From contig OZ024742.1 of NCBI GenBank assembly GCA_964016885.1, positions 36,394,001 to 36,458,000 on the forward strand: DNA of 64,000 nucleotides, given 5' to 3'. Positions 1 through 13,119 of the stretch are shown here, piece after piece (position 1 is the first letter of the stretch; every line of letters begins with the position of its first letter). Both the position numbers and the translations under genes were made by a program. Below the pieces are notes generated by a model that was given only the letters and a program-made list of their open reading frames with translations, did no database searches and was not told the origin of the DNA. This DNA is from Eledone cirrhosa (lineage: Eukaryota).

Positions 1-44
1 CCACATATATGTGTGTGAGAGAGATAGTGCGTGTGTGTTTGTGC

Positions 45-440
<396 letters not shown>

Positions 441-444
441 TACA

Positions 445-478
445 TAGTAATAATAAATGTGAAGACTAAAATCAGAAG

Positions 479-544
<66 letters not shown>

Positions 545-594
545 CATATATAATATACATATTAAGTGTTTCCGTAGGAAAGGTAAAGGAAATA

Positions 595-643
<49 letters not shown>

Positions 644-800
644 CTCGTAGAGCAAATATTTCACCCTTTCACGTGGAAGAGTCAAAGCAGCGATTCTTTG
701 CTTAACGCTTGAAATAGCAGGTCTTAATGTTTCGGACGCTAGTCTAGTCCTTCATCAGAAGAAAGAATGAGAAATTAGAAAGATTGAAGGGACGGGTAGG
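445..800 (-). mobile_element. Penelope-like terminal fragment, family B (related pieces at 17090-17170, 45690-45855, 56020-56160)
   Basis: Shared motifs tagtaataataaat.tgaagactaaaatc and aaagcagcgattctttgcttaa; carries a hammerhead motif; embedded in (TA)n. Confidence 0.55.
722..762 (-). ncRNA. Minimal hammerhead ribozyme motif (family B)
   Basis: Minus strand: UCUU-CUGAUGA-A-GGAC-uagacuagc-GUCC-GAAA-CA-UU-AAGA. Confidence 0.7.
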
Positions 801-1151
801 GCAGAATCGAAAAAAAAATGTTTTTAGAGAAGAAAACAGGTCCATTCATGTTGCCATCTCTTGGAAAACTGTTGATGCAGCCGTTTTGTGTATATTTTTT
901 TTTTAGAAATGTTGAGCGCGTCTACCTGAAATGGAAAAAAAAAAACGTCTTGTATATAGAGCTATACGTGTGAGCGTGCGTATGCGAGTGTGTGTATATG
1001 TGTGTTTATATGTCCGTACAAAGAATATGTGTGTGTGTAAGTTAGTAAAAGAGTGTGTGTGTGCTTGTAAGAACGAAGCTGTGAGCAAAAGTATGTTAAT
1101 ATAAGGGAGTGTGTGTGTATGTATCCATATATATATATATATATGTATATA

Positions 1152-1390
1152 TGATGCAGTGGACTCGATTCCTGGGTTGCGTGTTGTGTTCTTGAGCAAA
1201 ACACTTCATTTCACGTTGCTCCAGTATACTCAGCTGAAAATGAGTACCAGCAATAGCTGGAGGTTTATCCCTGCGATGGACTGGCGTCCTGGCCAGGGGG
1301 AAGTCTTGTGCTCTCAGTCGCTTCACGCCATGAAACCGGGGTAAGCACCGGCCAAATGAACCTTCTGGCTTAAAACAGACTTTAGAGTTT
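1152..1390 (+). mobile_element. 5'-truncated tRNA-derived SINE (family 2)
   Basis: B-box-like gactcgattcc, cttgagcaaaacacttcattt and gcgatggactggcgtcc; homologous to 33925-34190. Confidence 0.75.
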
Positions 1391-1479
1391 AGATATGATG
1401 CAGGCCCGTGTGAAGGTAGTGATATACACCCCGCCCCAAAGCTGGTAACATGCTCGTGTCAGATGTGAAATGTGATAGA

Positions 1480-2090
1480 GCTGGTGGTGGTGGTGCTGGT
1501 GCTGGTGCTGGTGCTGATGATGGTGATGGTGATGGTGCTGGTGATGGTGATGGTGATGGTGATGGTGCTAGTAGTGGTGGTGTAGGTGTAGGTGGTGGTG
1601 GTGGTGGTGGTGATGCTGGTGCTGGTGATGGTGATGGTGCTGGTAGTGGTGGTGTAGGTGTAGGTGGTGGTGGTGGTGGTGGTGGTGGTGATGCTGGTGC
1701 TGGTGATGGTGATGGTGCTGGTAGTGGTGGTGTAGGTGGTGGTGGCGGTGGCGGTGGTGGTGGTGGTGGTGGTGGTGGTGGTGATGGTGCTGGTGCTGGT
1801 AGTGGTGGTGTAGGTGGGGGTAGTGGTGGTGGTGATGGTGCTAGTGCTGGTGATGGTGCTGGTAGTGGTGGTGTAGGTGGTGCCGGGGGTGGTGGTGATG
1901 GTGCTGGTGCTGGTGCTGGTGGTGGTGGTGTTGCTGGTGCTGGTGGTGCTGGTGATGGCGCTGGTGATGGTGATGGTGATGGTGATGGTGATGGTGATGG
2001 TAGAGGTGGTAGTGGTGGTAGTGGTGGTAAAAGTGGTAGAGGTGGTAGTGGTGGTAGAAGTGGTGGATTTGATGGTGATGATGACGACGA
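1480..2090. repeat. Degenerate (GGT/GCT/GAT)n trinucleotide tract
   Basis: About 600 bp of triplet repeat; explains the Gly-rich and His-rich pseudo-ORFs. Confidence 0.9.
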
Positions 2091-2494
2091 CGAAAGATTA
2101 ATGACACTTTCTCACGTGACTGAGAAGCTGTCCAGCAGATATGTCCGACGTTTACACGATAAATGATCAATAGACATACAAGATATCATTGACAGAAACA
2201 CAGACAGACAGACACTGTAGTACTAAATACCGGGTGTATATATGTGTATTGTGCGTATGTGTCTGTATGCCTTCCTTTATGTATGTGTGTGTAAGTGTCT
2301 GTTTATGCTAATAGATGCAGAATAGACACGCAAGATGTGGTACTAAACACAATTATGTGTGTGCTTGTATGTATGTCTGTTTGTGTGACTGTCTTTATAT
2401 GTTTATGGTTGCATGTATGTGTTCATGTGTGTGTTTAACATACAGGCAAACTCTAGTTGTAAGTAGATGTGTATGGGTGTGTGTATGTGTATGC

Positions 2495-2535
<41 letters not shown>

Positions 2536-3097
2536 TGTGTAAATAGAGGACGAAAGCGAGGAGAACCAAATATAAAACAAAACGAAACCAAAGGAGAAAT
2601 GATAAATGATGAAATACAAATTTAAAAAAAATAATAATATAGGAGACTAACTTGAACATCGAAATTACACCAATGTGATCAATACCACCTAACAACGTCT
2701 AGAAAATTCCAGCTGTCGTCGGAAGTTTGGGGTCTGTTTACCACTTAAGCTGAGGGGCTATATATTTTGTCTATAACGGTTATAATCAATCAAATTCATA
2801 AGACTAATGACATACACTATCAGTGGAATATATATATATTATTTTATTTTCTATGATTTTCCAACACTAAAAATTCATAAGGATCGGCTAAATTAATAAT
2901 ATTGTATTAAGAACCACAGAATCAAATTATTCCATTCATTAATAATGTGGCGTTAATAAGGAATACCTGATACTTCTCACATTTGAAGCAATTTGGGTTG
3001 TACTCGTATATAGCTTTCTCTAAATCTAAAGCTTTGTGTATTCATGCATTCAAACACATATATATAGACACAGACACAGACACACAAGCATATGTAT

Positions 3098-3482
<385 letters not shown>

Positions 3483-3622
3483 TACTTTGGGAGGGTCATG
3501 TTGCCAATAAGTAACACACGCACCAGTTGCTTTCACTTCAATTTATTATAATAAATTTATAATAAATTTATAAATTTCTGGTTGGTTGGTTGGTTCCACA
3601 ACCAGATAGTTGTTTATATATT

Positions 3623-3665
3623 GTCATAGTTCTTTCGTCACACACTCTGTGACCTCTTCAGTGAC
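3623..3665 (-). ncRNA. Hammerhead ribozyme motif (family A) in the 3' pLTR
   Basis: GUCA-CUGAAGA-G-GUCACA-gagug-UGUGAC-GAAA-GAAC-UA-UGAC. Confidence 0.72.
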
Positions 3666-3869
3666 TGGGGATTCCTTTCTTTGTTTTTGTGCCTCTCCTT
3701 TGTTCTGTCCTACGCCATTTTGTTTCTGTGTGTGTGTTGTGTGCTCAGTCTGCGCATGCTCCACATCCGGGTGTCTGTGTGTGTTTATGTTCATTTATTT
3801 ATTTGTTTATTTACATGTTACTGGTTGGTTGTTTGTTCTATGTGTGTGTGTGTATTCATTTTGTCCTTA

Positions 3870-5855
3870 ATTGTAAGTTGTGATGTTGCTGTTCCACTCA
3901 TATTTTCTATTTAATTTTGGTTGTAATTCTTTTGTTTATTGCCTCTGTAATTTGTCTAAACATTGCGTCTTTTCTGTGTGTAGATTCTATTTTTATTTCT
4001 ATGTTCTCTAATTTACCCTTGTGTTCTATTTTAGCATGTTGGTAGAGTACAGATGATTCTTTACTATCTTGAAGGTCTCGCCAGTGTTCATTTATCCGTT
4101 CCCCTACACTACGAGCTGTCTCACCTATGTACACTATATTTTTGTCTCTACATTGTCCTTCAGTACATCTTATGCTATACACTACATTTCTAGTTTTACA
4201 GTTAATATGGGGCTTATTTTACAGGTTATACATTTCTTATCTATACATGAGGGTCTTTGAAAAGGGTATGTCTTGCTAATAAGTGTTTTTACGGAGGTAC
4301 CTGGTCTTTCTACTATCTTAATATTGAGTTTATGTTTATCTAGGGCCCTTCTAAATTTGTAAGCTAATTCACCTCTAGGGGTTGTATCGATGAACATTAC
4401 ACTCTGGTATTTATTGCTATCATACATTGCTATCAGTTTATTCTATTAGCCTTGTTCCTAGTTCTTTCTATTCTATTCCAAAATTTGCTCCTATACAAGG
4501 GGCAGGTCCCATTTATGTCATTATTTACCATTTTTTCCCATTTAGTTCTGGCTCCTCTATACACTCTGATTCTATCTCTCTGATTGTAGCCAGAGAACTG
4601 CATACGGTGGATGAAGTGTTGTATGTGTCTCTCTAGTTCTTCGGGGTTGCACATGCAGGACACGTTTCTCATCACCCGTACCAAATCCGCAATCAGTATG
4701 TTGATTTTGGTATGGTCAGAAACGGCCGAGTTTCGGTGAATCAGATGTTTGGAAGTCATGGGTTTGGCATAATGGGAATGGAGGATTTGTTTTTTTGTTA
4801 TTAATGGTATCTAACCAGAGCTCTGTGTCTAGTACAGGTAATCGATGGTTGGGGTGTTTACTTGGGTAGTCTATAGTAACTCTAATGCTCTGGTGGATGG
4901 AGTTTGCTATTTGCTGGATGCTTTCCATTGTGTTTTTCTCTAGTTCCTGACTGTTCTCTAGTGGGGGTGTCTTAACTACGATGTTTATATCATCAACGTA
5001 GTGGGAGTACATTATCAGGGTTAAGGGGTCTTCTAATTGTTCTTTAAGTTTAAGTTTAAGTCTACTGTCCCACCATACCATGAATAAGTTAGCTATGTCG
5101 CCTGCAATGCTAACACCAATGGCTGCTCCTTCCTCTTGGGTATATGTTTTTCCATTAAATTTGAACATATGTTCCTGAAGGGTTAGTTTTATGCTGGCCC
5201 CTACCGCATGTGCAATCATTTTCTTCAGTTCATCGTGGTTTTTGGGTGTCCGTATGGCTCTGGTCCACCCGTTCCATCTATCTGTGTGGGTATTTTTGGC
5301 CATTGAGGTAATGGTAGGTGGTCTGCCTCTTGCTGGTCTTGTAGGGCACAGGTTGCTAAGGTCATATGTGTCTAGGTAATTATTACTATAGGTAAGTTTA
5401 AGTAGGAGTCCCAGCTCACTGGTATCAATCTCACGGAACTCAACATTGCTCTCACTGATCATTTCTACGCATTTCTCCACAGCAAAATCCACGTCAATAG
5501 ATGGATACAGGGACACAACATCCATACTACCTATTATGCAGTTTGTTAGGTCCCTAGATCGGTTACTCTCGCCGATTCTGCTGAGGAGGTCCTCCGTGCT
5601 GTCACATACATATGGGGACATTTCAATGATGGGGCGTATGATCAGGGAGAGGAAGTAGGACAGTCTGTAGTTACTAGCAACGTTAGCTCCACAGACTGGC
5701 CGCGTTGGTGGTCCCGCGACAGGGTCACTGCCCGTTTTATGGTCTTTTCGAAGCCCATACAACGCCGGCACGTCATTGTTCCAGGCCTGGAAGTTGTTGG
5801 CAGTCCTTTTGTTGGGCTGCATTATATTCGTCCACATCACCATATGGGCATTGAT
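3870..5855 (-). pseudogene. Frameshifted Penelope RT + GIY-YIG endonuclease
   Basis: Motifs SMDVVSLYPSI, GAAIG, YSHYVDD, LPVLD and VYSIRC..YIGETARSVGERINEH, split over ORFs 4716-5975, 4433-4759, 4182-4427 and 3907-4182. Confidence 0.92.
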
Positions 5856-5998
5856 GAACATAAACATAAATGAACATAAACACACACAGACACCCGGATG
5901 TGGCGCATGCACAGATTGAGCACACAACACACACACAGAAACAAAATGGCGTAGGACAGAACAAAGGAGAGGCACAAAAACAAAGAAAGGAATCCCCA

Positions 5999-6041
5999 GT
6001 CACTGAAGAGGTCACAGAGTGTGTGACGAAAGAACTATGAC
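5999..6041 (+). ncRNA. Hammerhead ribozyme motif (family A) in the inverted pLTR
   Basis: gtca ctgaaga g gtcaca gagtg tgtgac gaaa gaac ta tgac on the plus strand. Confidence 0.72.
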
Positions 6042-6271
6042 AATATATAAACAACTATCTAGTTGTGGAACCAACCAACCAACCAACCAGAAATTTATAA
6101 ATTTATTATAAATTTATTATAATAAATTGAAGTGAAAGCAACTGGTGCGTGTGTTTCTTATTGGCAACATGACCCTCCCAAAGTATAACAATATCGGTTT
6201 CAACACACGATTTCAGATAAAGAATCTTGCTAAACAAATTCAGAAACGAAATATATATATATATATATATA

Positions 6272-6392
6272 GTGTATTGCCTTAAGCCGATTATATTACA
6301 AATTCTGTTGAATAGTCTTAAACACGTACACCTACACCTATATATATATGTATATATATATATATATAGTCTTAAACACGTACACCTACACC

Positions 6393-6466
<74 letters not shown>

Positions 6467-6492
6467 TTTTTCTATTTTCTATACCTTTCATT

Positions 6493-6572
<80 letters not shown>

Positions 6573-7132
6573 CATATATATATAGGTGTACGTGTACGTG
6601 TTTAAGACGATATATATGTATATATATATATACATGAAATACATAAAATAAGAAAATTATAAAAATTAACTTACTTTTTTGTATAAGTTCCCTGTGTCCA
6701 CGCATCGCCTGGGAAATTAGCTGAGAATAGACTTCCTGATGACGAAAGGCTTTCTCCATGGGTTCTATTCGGAAACCATGTTGATTCCCTTTCAGAAACT
6801 AATTAGTTGGAGTGAAATTTTAGTAAGTTCATTTTTATAATTTTCTTATTTTATGTCTTTCATATAATTGTTCTGCATCCCCTTGCATTGAACCACAAAG
6901 TTACTAAGACAAAACCTATATATTTGCTAGCATGGGTATGCATCTGTATATATATGTTGGTAGATATACTAATTCTTTATATATATATATACATATATAT
7001 ATATAGGTGTAGGTTTACGTGTTTAAGACTATATATATGTATATATATATACATATATATATATAGGTGTAGGTGTACGTGTTTATGACTATTCAACAGA
7101 ATTCGTAATATAATCGGCTTAAGGCAATACAC
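6272..7132. repeat. Nested inverted repeats (6272-6340/7065-7132 and 6633-6675/6822-6863)
   Basis: gtgtattgccttaagccgattatattac..gttgaatagtc versus gactattcaac..gtaatataatcggcttaaggcaatacac; the inner AT-rich arms flank a CTGATGA..GAAA segment. Confidence 0.8.
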
Positions 7133-7294
7133 CTCGAATCAAGAAATGCTCCTCTAGGAAAGACTGCTCTGTAGAGCACTGCACATATATTCAGGGGTGT
7201 TCTGTCTCTCTTTTTTGAGACTTGACAGGCAATAGAAGTTCAGTAATTATCATATTATCTATATAAACAGACGATGATGATGATGATGATGATA

Positions 7295-7500
7295 ATGGGT
7301 TCTTATGTAGGCACAAGACAAGCAATTTGAGGGAGGGAAAGTCGATTAAATCGACCCCAGTGCGTGACTGGTACTTTATTTTATCGACCCCGTAAGGATG
7401 AAAGGCAAAGTGAATCTCGGCGGGATTTGAACTCGGAACGTAAAGGGCCATGACTCTATGCTACATAGCATGGTGCCTGACGCTCTACTGATACTGTTAA
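7295..7500 (-). mobile_element. tRNA-derived SINE (family 1)
   Basis: Shared core ctggtactttattttatcgaccccgtaaggatgaaaggcaaag; B-box gagttcaaatcc on the minus strand. Confidence 0.85.
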
Positions 7501-7953
7501 TCCAAATAATAATAATAATGTAAGCGGAAATATAATGTGTGATGAGAGTGAATGATTGAGATGAGGATGAGGACGACGACTAAGAAGAAGAAAAAGAAGA
7601 AGAAGAAAAAGGAAAAGAAGGAAGGCTGTGAGTTAGATAGATCGCCTATGTGAATATTGGTTGATGGATTATCTGACGATGAGACGGTGGAGGATAATGT
7701 ACCAAAGATAATATTACAATAATTAATATAAGACGGCTTATAACACTGGGTTTGAGCCTAACACATTCTCTACGTTCACGTGTCCCGAGAGATGTTTGAC
7801 TTTTAGAGAGACACGGACAGACATTGATGTGGAATACGACTATGTGTAATGGATACGCGTGACAATATATATATATATGTATATATATTTATATAATTAT
7901 ATATATATGCTAGCGTGGAAAATGGACGTTAAACGAAGTTGATGATGATGATG

Positions 7954-7991
<38 letters not shown>

Positions 7992-8744
7992 AAAAATGGA
8001 GTGCTGCGTGGTTGCACATGGGTTACATATGAATAAAATTAGTCCTTTATCAGTGATCTTCCAACCTTCATTGGTATTTCATCGCTTTAAAAATCATATA
8101 CCTCTGGTTGGTGCGAGCAATAACTAAATAAAGTTATTGGGACAAGTAAAATAGCGTGAAGTGAGCGAGACATCTAAACAAACAAAGATGGTATTGCAAC
8201 GGAAAGATAGGAAGAGACAAGTACATGATATCTGTAAGCTTAAGTTTGGTGAATTCATGGACGAGAGATACAGACCATCCGACATGGGTGAGATGTGAGC
8301 GAGAAAAGGATTTTACACAGGTCAAACGGGAGGAAGTGAGAGAGGGGGAAAAGAAGAGAGTGAGTGAGTGGAAGTGTGAGGAAGAAGCCAGCCGAGAGAG
8401 AGTGTGACTGGCAGAGGGGTAAAAAGAAGGTGAGAGATACAGAGAGAGGGGAAGCAGTAGGAATATATATATATATGTGTGTGTATATATATATATGTGT
8501 GTGTGTGTGTGTATAATATATGTATATATATATAATGTCTGCCAGGCACTGGGTGAATGAATTGCAGACCTGGACTGCCGAAGCAGGAGCTGCGCCAGCA
8601 GTGACAATTGTAGTTTCGCCTATGGATATTATCTCTGTGCAAAAAAGTGTTGAAATTTATTGTTTCACAGTACTTGCGCAACACGCGCGTAGACGATGCC
8701 AGCCGAACAACAGAGCTGCGATGGAGTTGTTCTGCATGGTTGTC

Positions 8745-9208
8745 TGTGTGTTTTCTAAATTTAAGACAATGGGGAGGGTTGTGATATGAGGGAGAGTTAG
8801 CTGTTGTTTCTAGCAGGTTTAGTGACCTCATAGAGGATATGTGTTTTCTAAATTTAAGACAGTAGGGAGTGGTGTGATATGGAGGAGAGTTAGCTTCTGT
8901 TTCTAGCAGTTTTAGTGACCTCATAGAAGATATGTTTTCTAAATTTAAGACAGTAGGGATGGGTGTGATATGGGGGGAGAGTTAGCTGCTGTTTCTAGCA
9001 GGTTTAGTAACCTCATAGAGGATATGTGTTTTCTAAATTTAAGACAGTAGGGAGTGGTGTGATATGGGGGAGAGTTAGCTGCTGTTTCTAGCAGGTTTAG
9101 TGACCTCATAGAAGATATGTTTTCTAAATTTAAGACAGTAGGGAGGGATGTGGTATGGGGGAGAGTTAGCTGCTGTTTCTAGCAGGTTTAGTGACCTCAT
9201 AGAGGATA
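8745..9208. repeat. Tandem minisatellite, 5 units of ~92 bp
   Basis: ttttctaaatttaagac recurs at about 8751, 8844, 8935, 9029 and 9120. Confidence 0.92.
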
Positions 9209-9766
9209 TTATTGTTTATCATTATCTATAAAAGGCAGATTGTTGTTGTTGTTGTTGAAGTGAGTGTGTGTTTGTATGTGTTTGGAAAAGAGGTTTTAAA
9301 AAAGATTTATCGCTTTTGAATAATTGTCGTTTCGTATGAAATGTAATAATTTGAAGTATAAAAGAGAAAGTAGCAAAATGTGTGGGTTGTAGATAGAGGA
9401 AAAAGCAGATGATATGAAAGAGTAAAACGGACAGTATCACCATCAAGCTTGGAAAGAGAAAGTAGCAGAAAGTATGAAGTTGTATAGATTTTGAATGGTA
9501 GTGGAAAGAGTTTAGCAGTTTAAATGACAGAGAAAAATCGTAAAATATTGAGTTTTATCTATTTTTTGCGTAATTGTGGGTGAAATTGAAAAAATGAGAT
9601 CTGCCAAGACGCAATCGAAACTATTTCGAATACTGAATTGTAAATTTCAATTGAAGAAATTCTATATCGTAGATTTCTATAAGAAAAGAGCATGACCACA
9701 CACTGAGCTTTATAGATTATGATATATATATAAAGTAAGAATATTTTCGAAACAGCGAGCGAGTTT

Positions 9767-9836
9767 GAAATTATAAATATAAGCTATCGCCGTATTTTTA
9801 CTAAAGAAATACGGTGATAGCTTATATTTATAATTT
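9767..9836. repeat. About 70-bp hairpin palindrome
   Basis: aaattataaatataagctatcgccgtattt / aaatacggtgatagcttatatttataattt. Confidence 0.85.
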
Positions 9837-9867
9837 CATATATATATATATATACAAATATATATAT

Positions 9868-10024
9868 TCAGGACCGGATTTAAATTTGATGAGGCCCTAG
9901 GCTATTTGAGATAATGGGGCCCTTTATATGTCCAGATGTCCTATGTGAGCGACAAATTGTCGCTGTTTTTTGTGTGGGGGCCCTAAGCTATAGCTTGTTT
10001 AGCTTATACGTAAATCCCAGTGTG
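9868..10024. mobile_element. Degenerate MITE-like element (hAT-like ends)
   Basis: caggaccggattta ... taaatcccagtgtg imperfect termini; internal ggggccc motifs. Confidence 0.4.
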
Positions 10025-10057
10025 TATATATTAATATATATACATTTGTATATATAC

Positions 10058-10147
<90 letters not shown>

Positions 10148-10153
<6 letters not shown>

Positions 10154-10266
10154 ATACTTGGGGAGGGTCATATTGTTTTAATAATATTGCCAGAATTAAT
10201 AACAGAACACACATTACTGTCTGGCAATATTATTACAACAATATGGCCCTCCCCAAGTATCACAAT
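10148..10266. mobile_element. Mini fold-back of a Penelope family A-like terminus
   Basis: ttgttatacttggggagggtcatattgtt..aataatattgccaga / tctggcaatattatt..aacaatatggccctccccaagtatcacaa. Confidence 0.8.
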
Positions 10267-10487
10267 ATTTGTTTCGACACGCGATTTCATATCAAAAGCC
10301 TCGCAAAACAAATATATATATATATATATATAAATGTTGAGTACATGGCGGTTGTTTACCGATACATCAATATGCAGATTGGAGCACTCAACGAAGTACG
10401 TAGGTTGGTTTGTTTTCTCCGGAGTAATGTAAAATAATTAAGTCAAATATGTAAGATTTGGCTTCGTTTATTATAAATTAAAAATTA

Positions 10488-10540
10488 CTGCTATATATAT
10501 TTCGGTGATAGCCATCATTGGCTGTGACCTCTTCAGGCAG
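10488..10540 (-). ncRNA. Hammerhead ribozyme motif (family C)
   Basis: CUGC-CUGAAGA-GGUCACAGCCA-auga-UGGCUAUCACC-GAAA-UAUAUA-UA-GCAG. Confidence 0.8.
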
Positions 10541-10777
10541 TCCGAGGTGGTGTGGAAAAGACAGGTACACATGCTGTTGAAGTGTGTTTTACTCCGTCAA
10601 TACATCGACATGTCTAGCTCCTGGTTGTGTTGTTATTCCTCTGAGGAACTAAAAACATATGATTTCCAGTTCCTCAGAGGAATAACAACACACCCAGGAG
10701 CTGGAAATATCGATGTATTGAAGGAGTAAAACACACTTCAACAACATGTGTACCTGTCTTTTCCACACCAATTCGGA

Positions 10778-10830
10778 CTGCCTGAAGATGTCACAGCCAA
10801 TGATGGTTGTCACCGAAATTTATATAGCAG
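10778..10830 (+). ncRNA. Hammerhead ribozyme motif (family C), opposite polarity
   Basis: CUGC-CUGAAGA-UGUCACAGCCA-auga-UGGUUGUCACC-GAAA-UUUAUA-UA-GCAG. Confidence 0.75.
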
Positions 10831-10882
10831 TATATCTATAATTTATAATAAACGAAGCCAAATTTTACATATTTGACTTAAT

Positions 10883-10913
<31 letters not shown>

Positions 10914-11186
10914 ATAATGAGTTGACGGACCCAGCATATTTATCAATGCCAGGACCGGTTGTATCTCAGCGTACTCCACGGGCAATGTAAGATACATTCC
11001 CAGAGTATACACATAGTTATTTGCTTCAACATAACACACGTAAAACGGGTGCCTATAATGGTACCCGGACTCGAGTCTCTGTCGCACTAATGCAGCAGTA
11101 AGGTGCACTGCACCATCCGTCTGCATATATATATATCGTGTCAATGTGTGAGTATATATATGTGTGTATGGATGTACATACATATA

Positions 11187-11299
<113 letters not shown>

Positions 11300-11367
11300 A
11301 TAGATGTATGAGATGGATGTAAGGATAGGTGGATCGATGTATGTTTATATTTGTCTGTGTGTGTGTT

Positions 11368-11475
<108 letters not shown>

Positions 11476-12149
11476 TGTGTGAAATAATCTTACCGCGAGC
11501 AATGAAGGTGATGACACTTATTACAAGAACACAACTGTGAACCAACCGATAAAGATTGTTGGGACGAGGGAGTGTTGTGGGTGAATGGAAGATATAGTAG
11601 AGGAATTTTGTGAAACTGTAATTTTACAACATTGCTTCCATTCACCATTCACCATTCACCATTGAGTAGATTTCTTATTGGTAATGGTGATAGTTTTTGA
11701 CATCACGTGTTACTGATTAGAACAAGGGAAAATGTCTGTAGAAATAATTGGTGCAGTATAAAGGATGAAAAGGGATGGAGGCAGAATGGTTAAAGAAATA
11801 GAGAAGAAAAACTGACATTTTTTTAATGGAATTTTAAATGACGTAAGTATGCGTTATCAAAAAATATTATGTCATACTGGCGTAGCTGCAGCATGGGCGG
11901 CCGCACCTCGCTGGCTGAAAACAAGAACACGTGACTGAGATATGTAATGAAGAAACCTGTGGTGTGTGTATGTGTGTATGTGTGTGTGTGTGTGCGCGCG
12001 CGCTACATGTGTGCGTGTGTGCGTGTGTGAGAACTTGTGCCTGTGTGTGTTTGCGTGCAAACATCGCACTTGCCCGGAATTCAAGAGATGCTGAGCTCGA
12101 TTCTCTGTAGCGACTACTGGACACTTATTATCTGTCTCTCTTTGTTTGG

Positions 12150-12221
<72 letters not shown>

Positions 12222-13078
12222 CATATATATACATATATATAAATATATATATACATTGAAGTTGGTGGTTCACCACTGGATAAAACTGGTCATTCCGTAT
12301 AGTTAACAATAATGCAATAGTAGAAAAAGCACTCTAAGTAACGCAACTCATCCATCTTCGATGTACGATTCTGTTGGTGGGTCCGAAACGGAGTTAATTA
12401 TTATTGAATAAAGTAACAGGAGGCTGGATTGTTGAAATTTCTTTAAATTCCTTTTTGCAGACACTAGAATTCCAACATCATCATCGGGTGTATTGCATAA
12501 CAGTCGTAAAGTAATTATGGTAAACACAAAAGGAGAGGGTACACGAGGGTGGTCAGTCTAACCAAAATCACATGGACGTAGACTGTCCCTCAGTCAAATA
12601 TCTCTAATTTTAATTTGTGTCTCCGTGTACCTTATCTATATAGCAAAAGGTCGGGTTGAAATATTACCTCATATTGTGTGGAAGATCGGAGAGATGGAGC
12701 GAATGTAAGAAAGAGAGTATAAATCATGAAATTAGAAATAAGAGAGAGAGAGAGAGAGATAAGGAAAGCAGAAATGAGAACGATGGAGCAATATTCTTTT
12801 TCGTTTGGAGAATTACGAAATAGAAAAGCAGGGGGAAAAGGATGAAGAATATATACCAAAGTAAAATACAGAACTATAGCGTTGTAATGACCTCATCAGC
12901 TTCCTTCTAGCCCGACATGGTTTCGCACGAGATTACATTGAACCCAAACATAGAATAGAAGAGAGGAGATAGAAGATAGAAAATAGACAAGTTGATTCAA
13001 CCTGCTAATATGGTGTTATATCGATAACTGACTGTCTCCATAAATGCTCCAGTCCGGCCTTTTGTTGTGGTTTTAATG

Positions 13079-13119
<41 letters not shown>

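Larger units (their letters stand above)
3479..6192 (-). mobile_element. Penelope-like element family A, 5'-truncated, with an inverted pLTR copy (5868-6192 is the inverse of 3479-3795)
   Basis: RT and GIY-YIG fragments between ~320-bp inverted termini; starts at a (TA)n tract. Confidence 0.93.
10431..10888. repeat. About 460-bp palindrome (arms ~220 bp, spacer ~17 bp) with a hammerhead in each arm
   Basis: Arms 10431-10650 and 10668-10888 are reverse complements with scattered mismatches. Confidence 0.93.

Noticed and set aside
1450-2166. 238-aa Gly-rich ORF and antisense His-rich ORF
   Set aside because: Triplet-repeat tract open in several frames; no domain or splice support.
8745-9208. 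CRISPR-like array or retrozyme tandem
   Set aside because: No unique spacers and a eukaryotic context; the minus-strand ctatgag..gaaac lacks a proper hammerhead core and stems.
12883-12937. Type II hammerhead candidate on the minus strand (GAAAC-CAU-GUC ... CUGAUGA)
   Set aside because: Both core halves are present, but stem I cannot pair and proximal stem II is poor; at best a scrambled relic.
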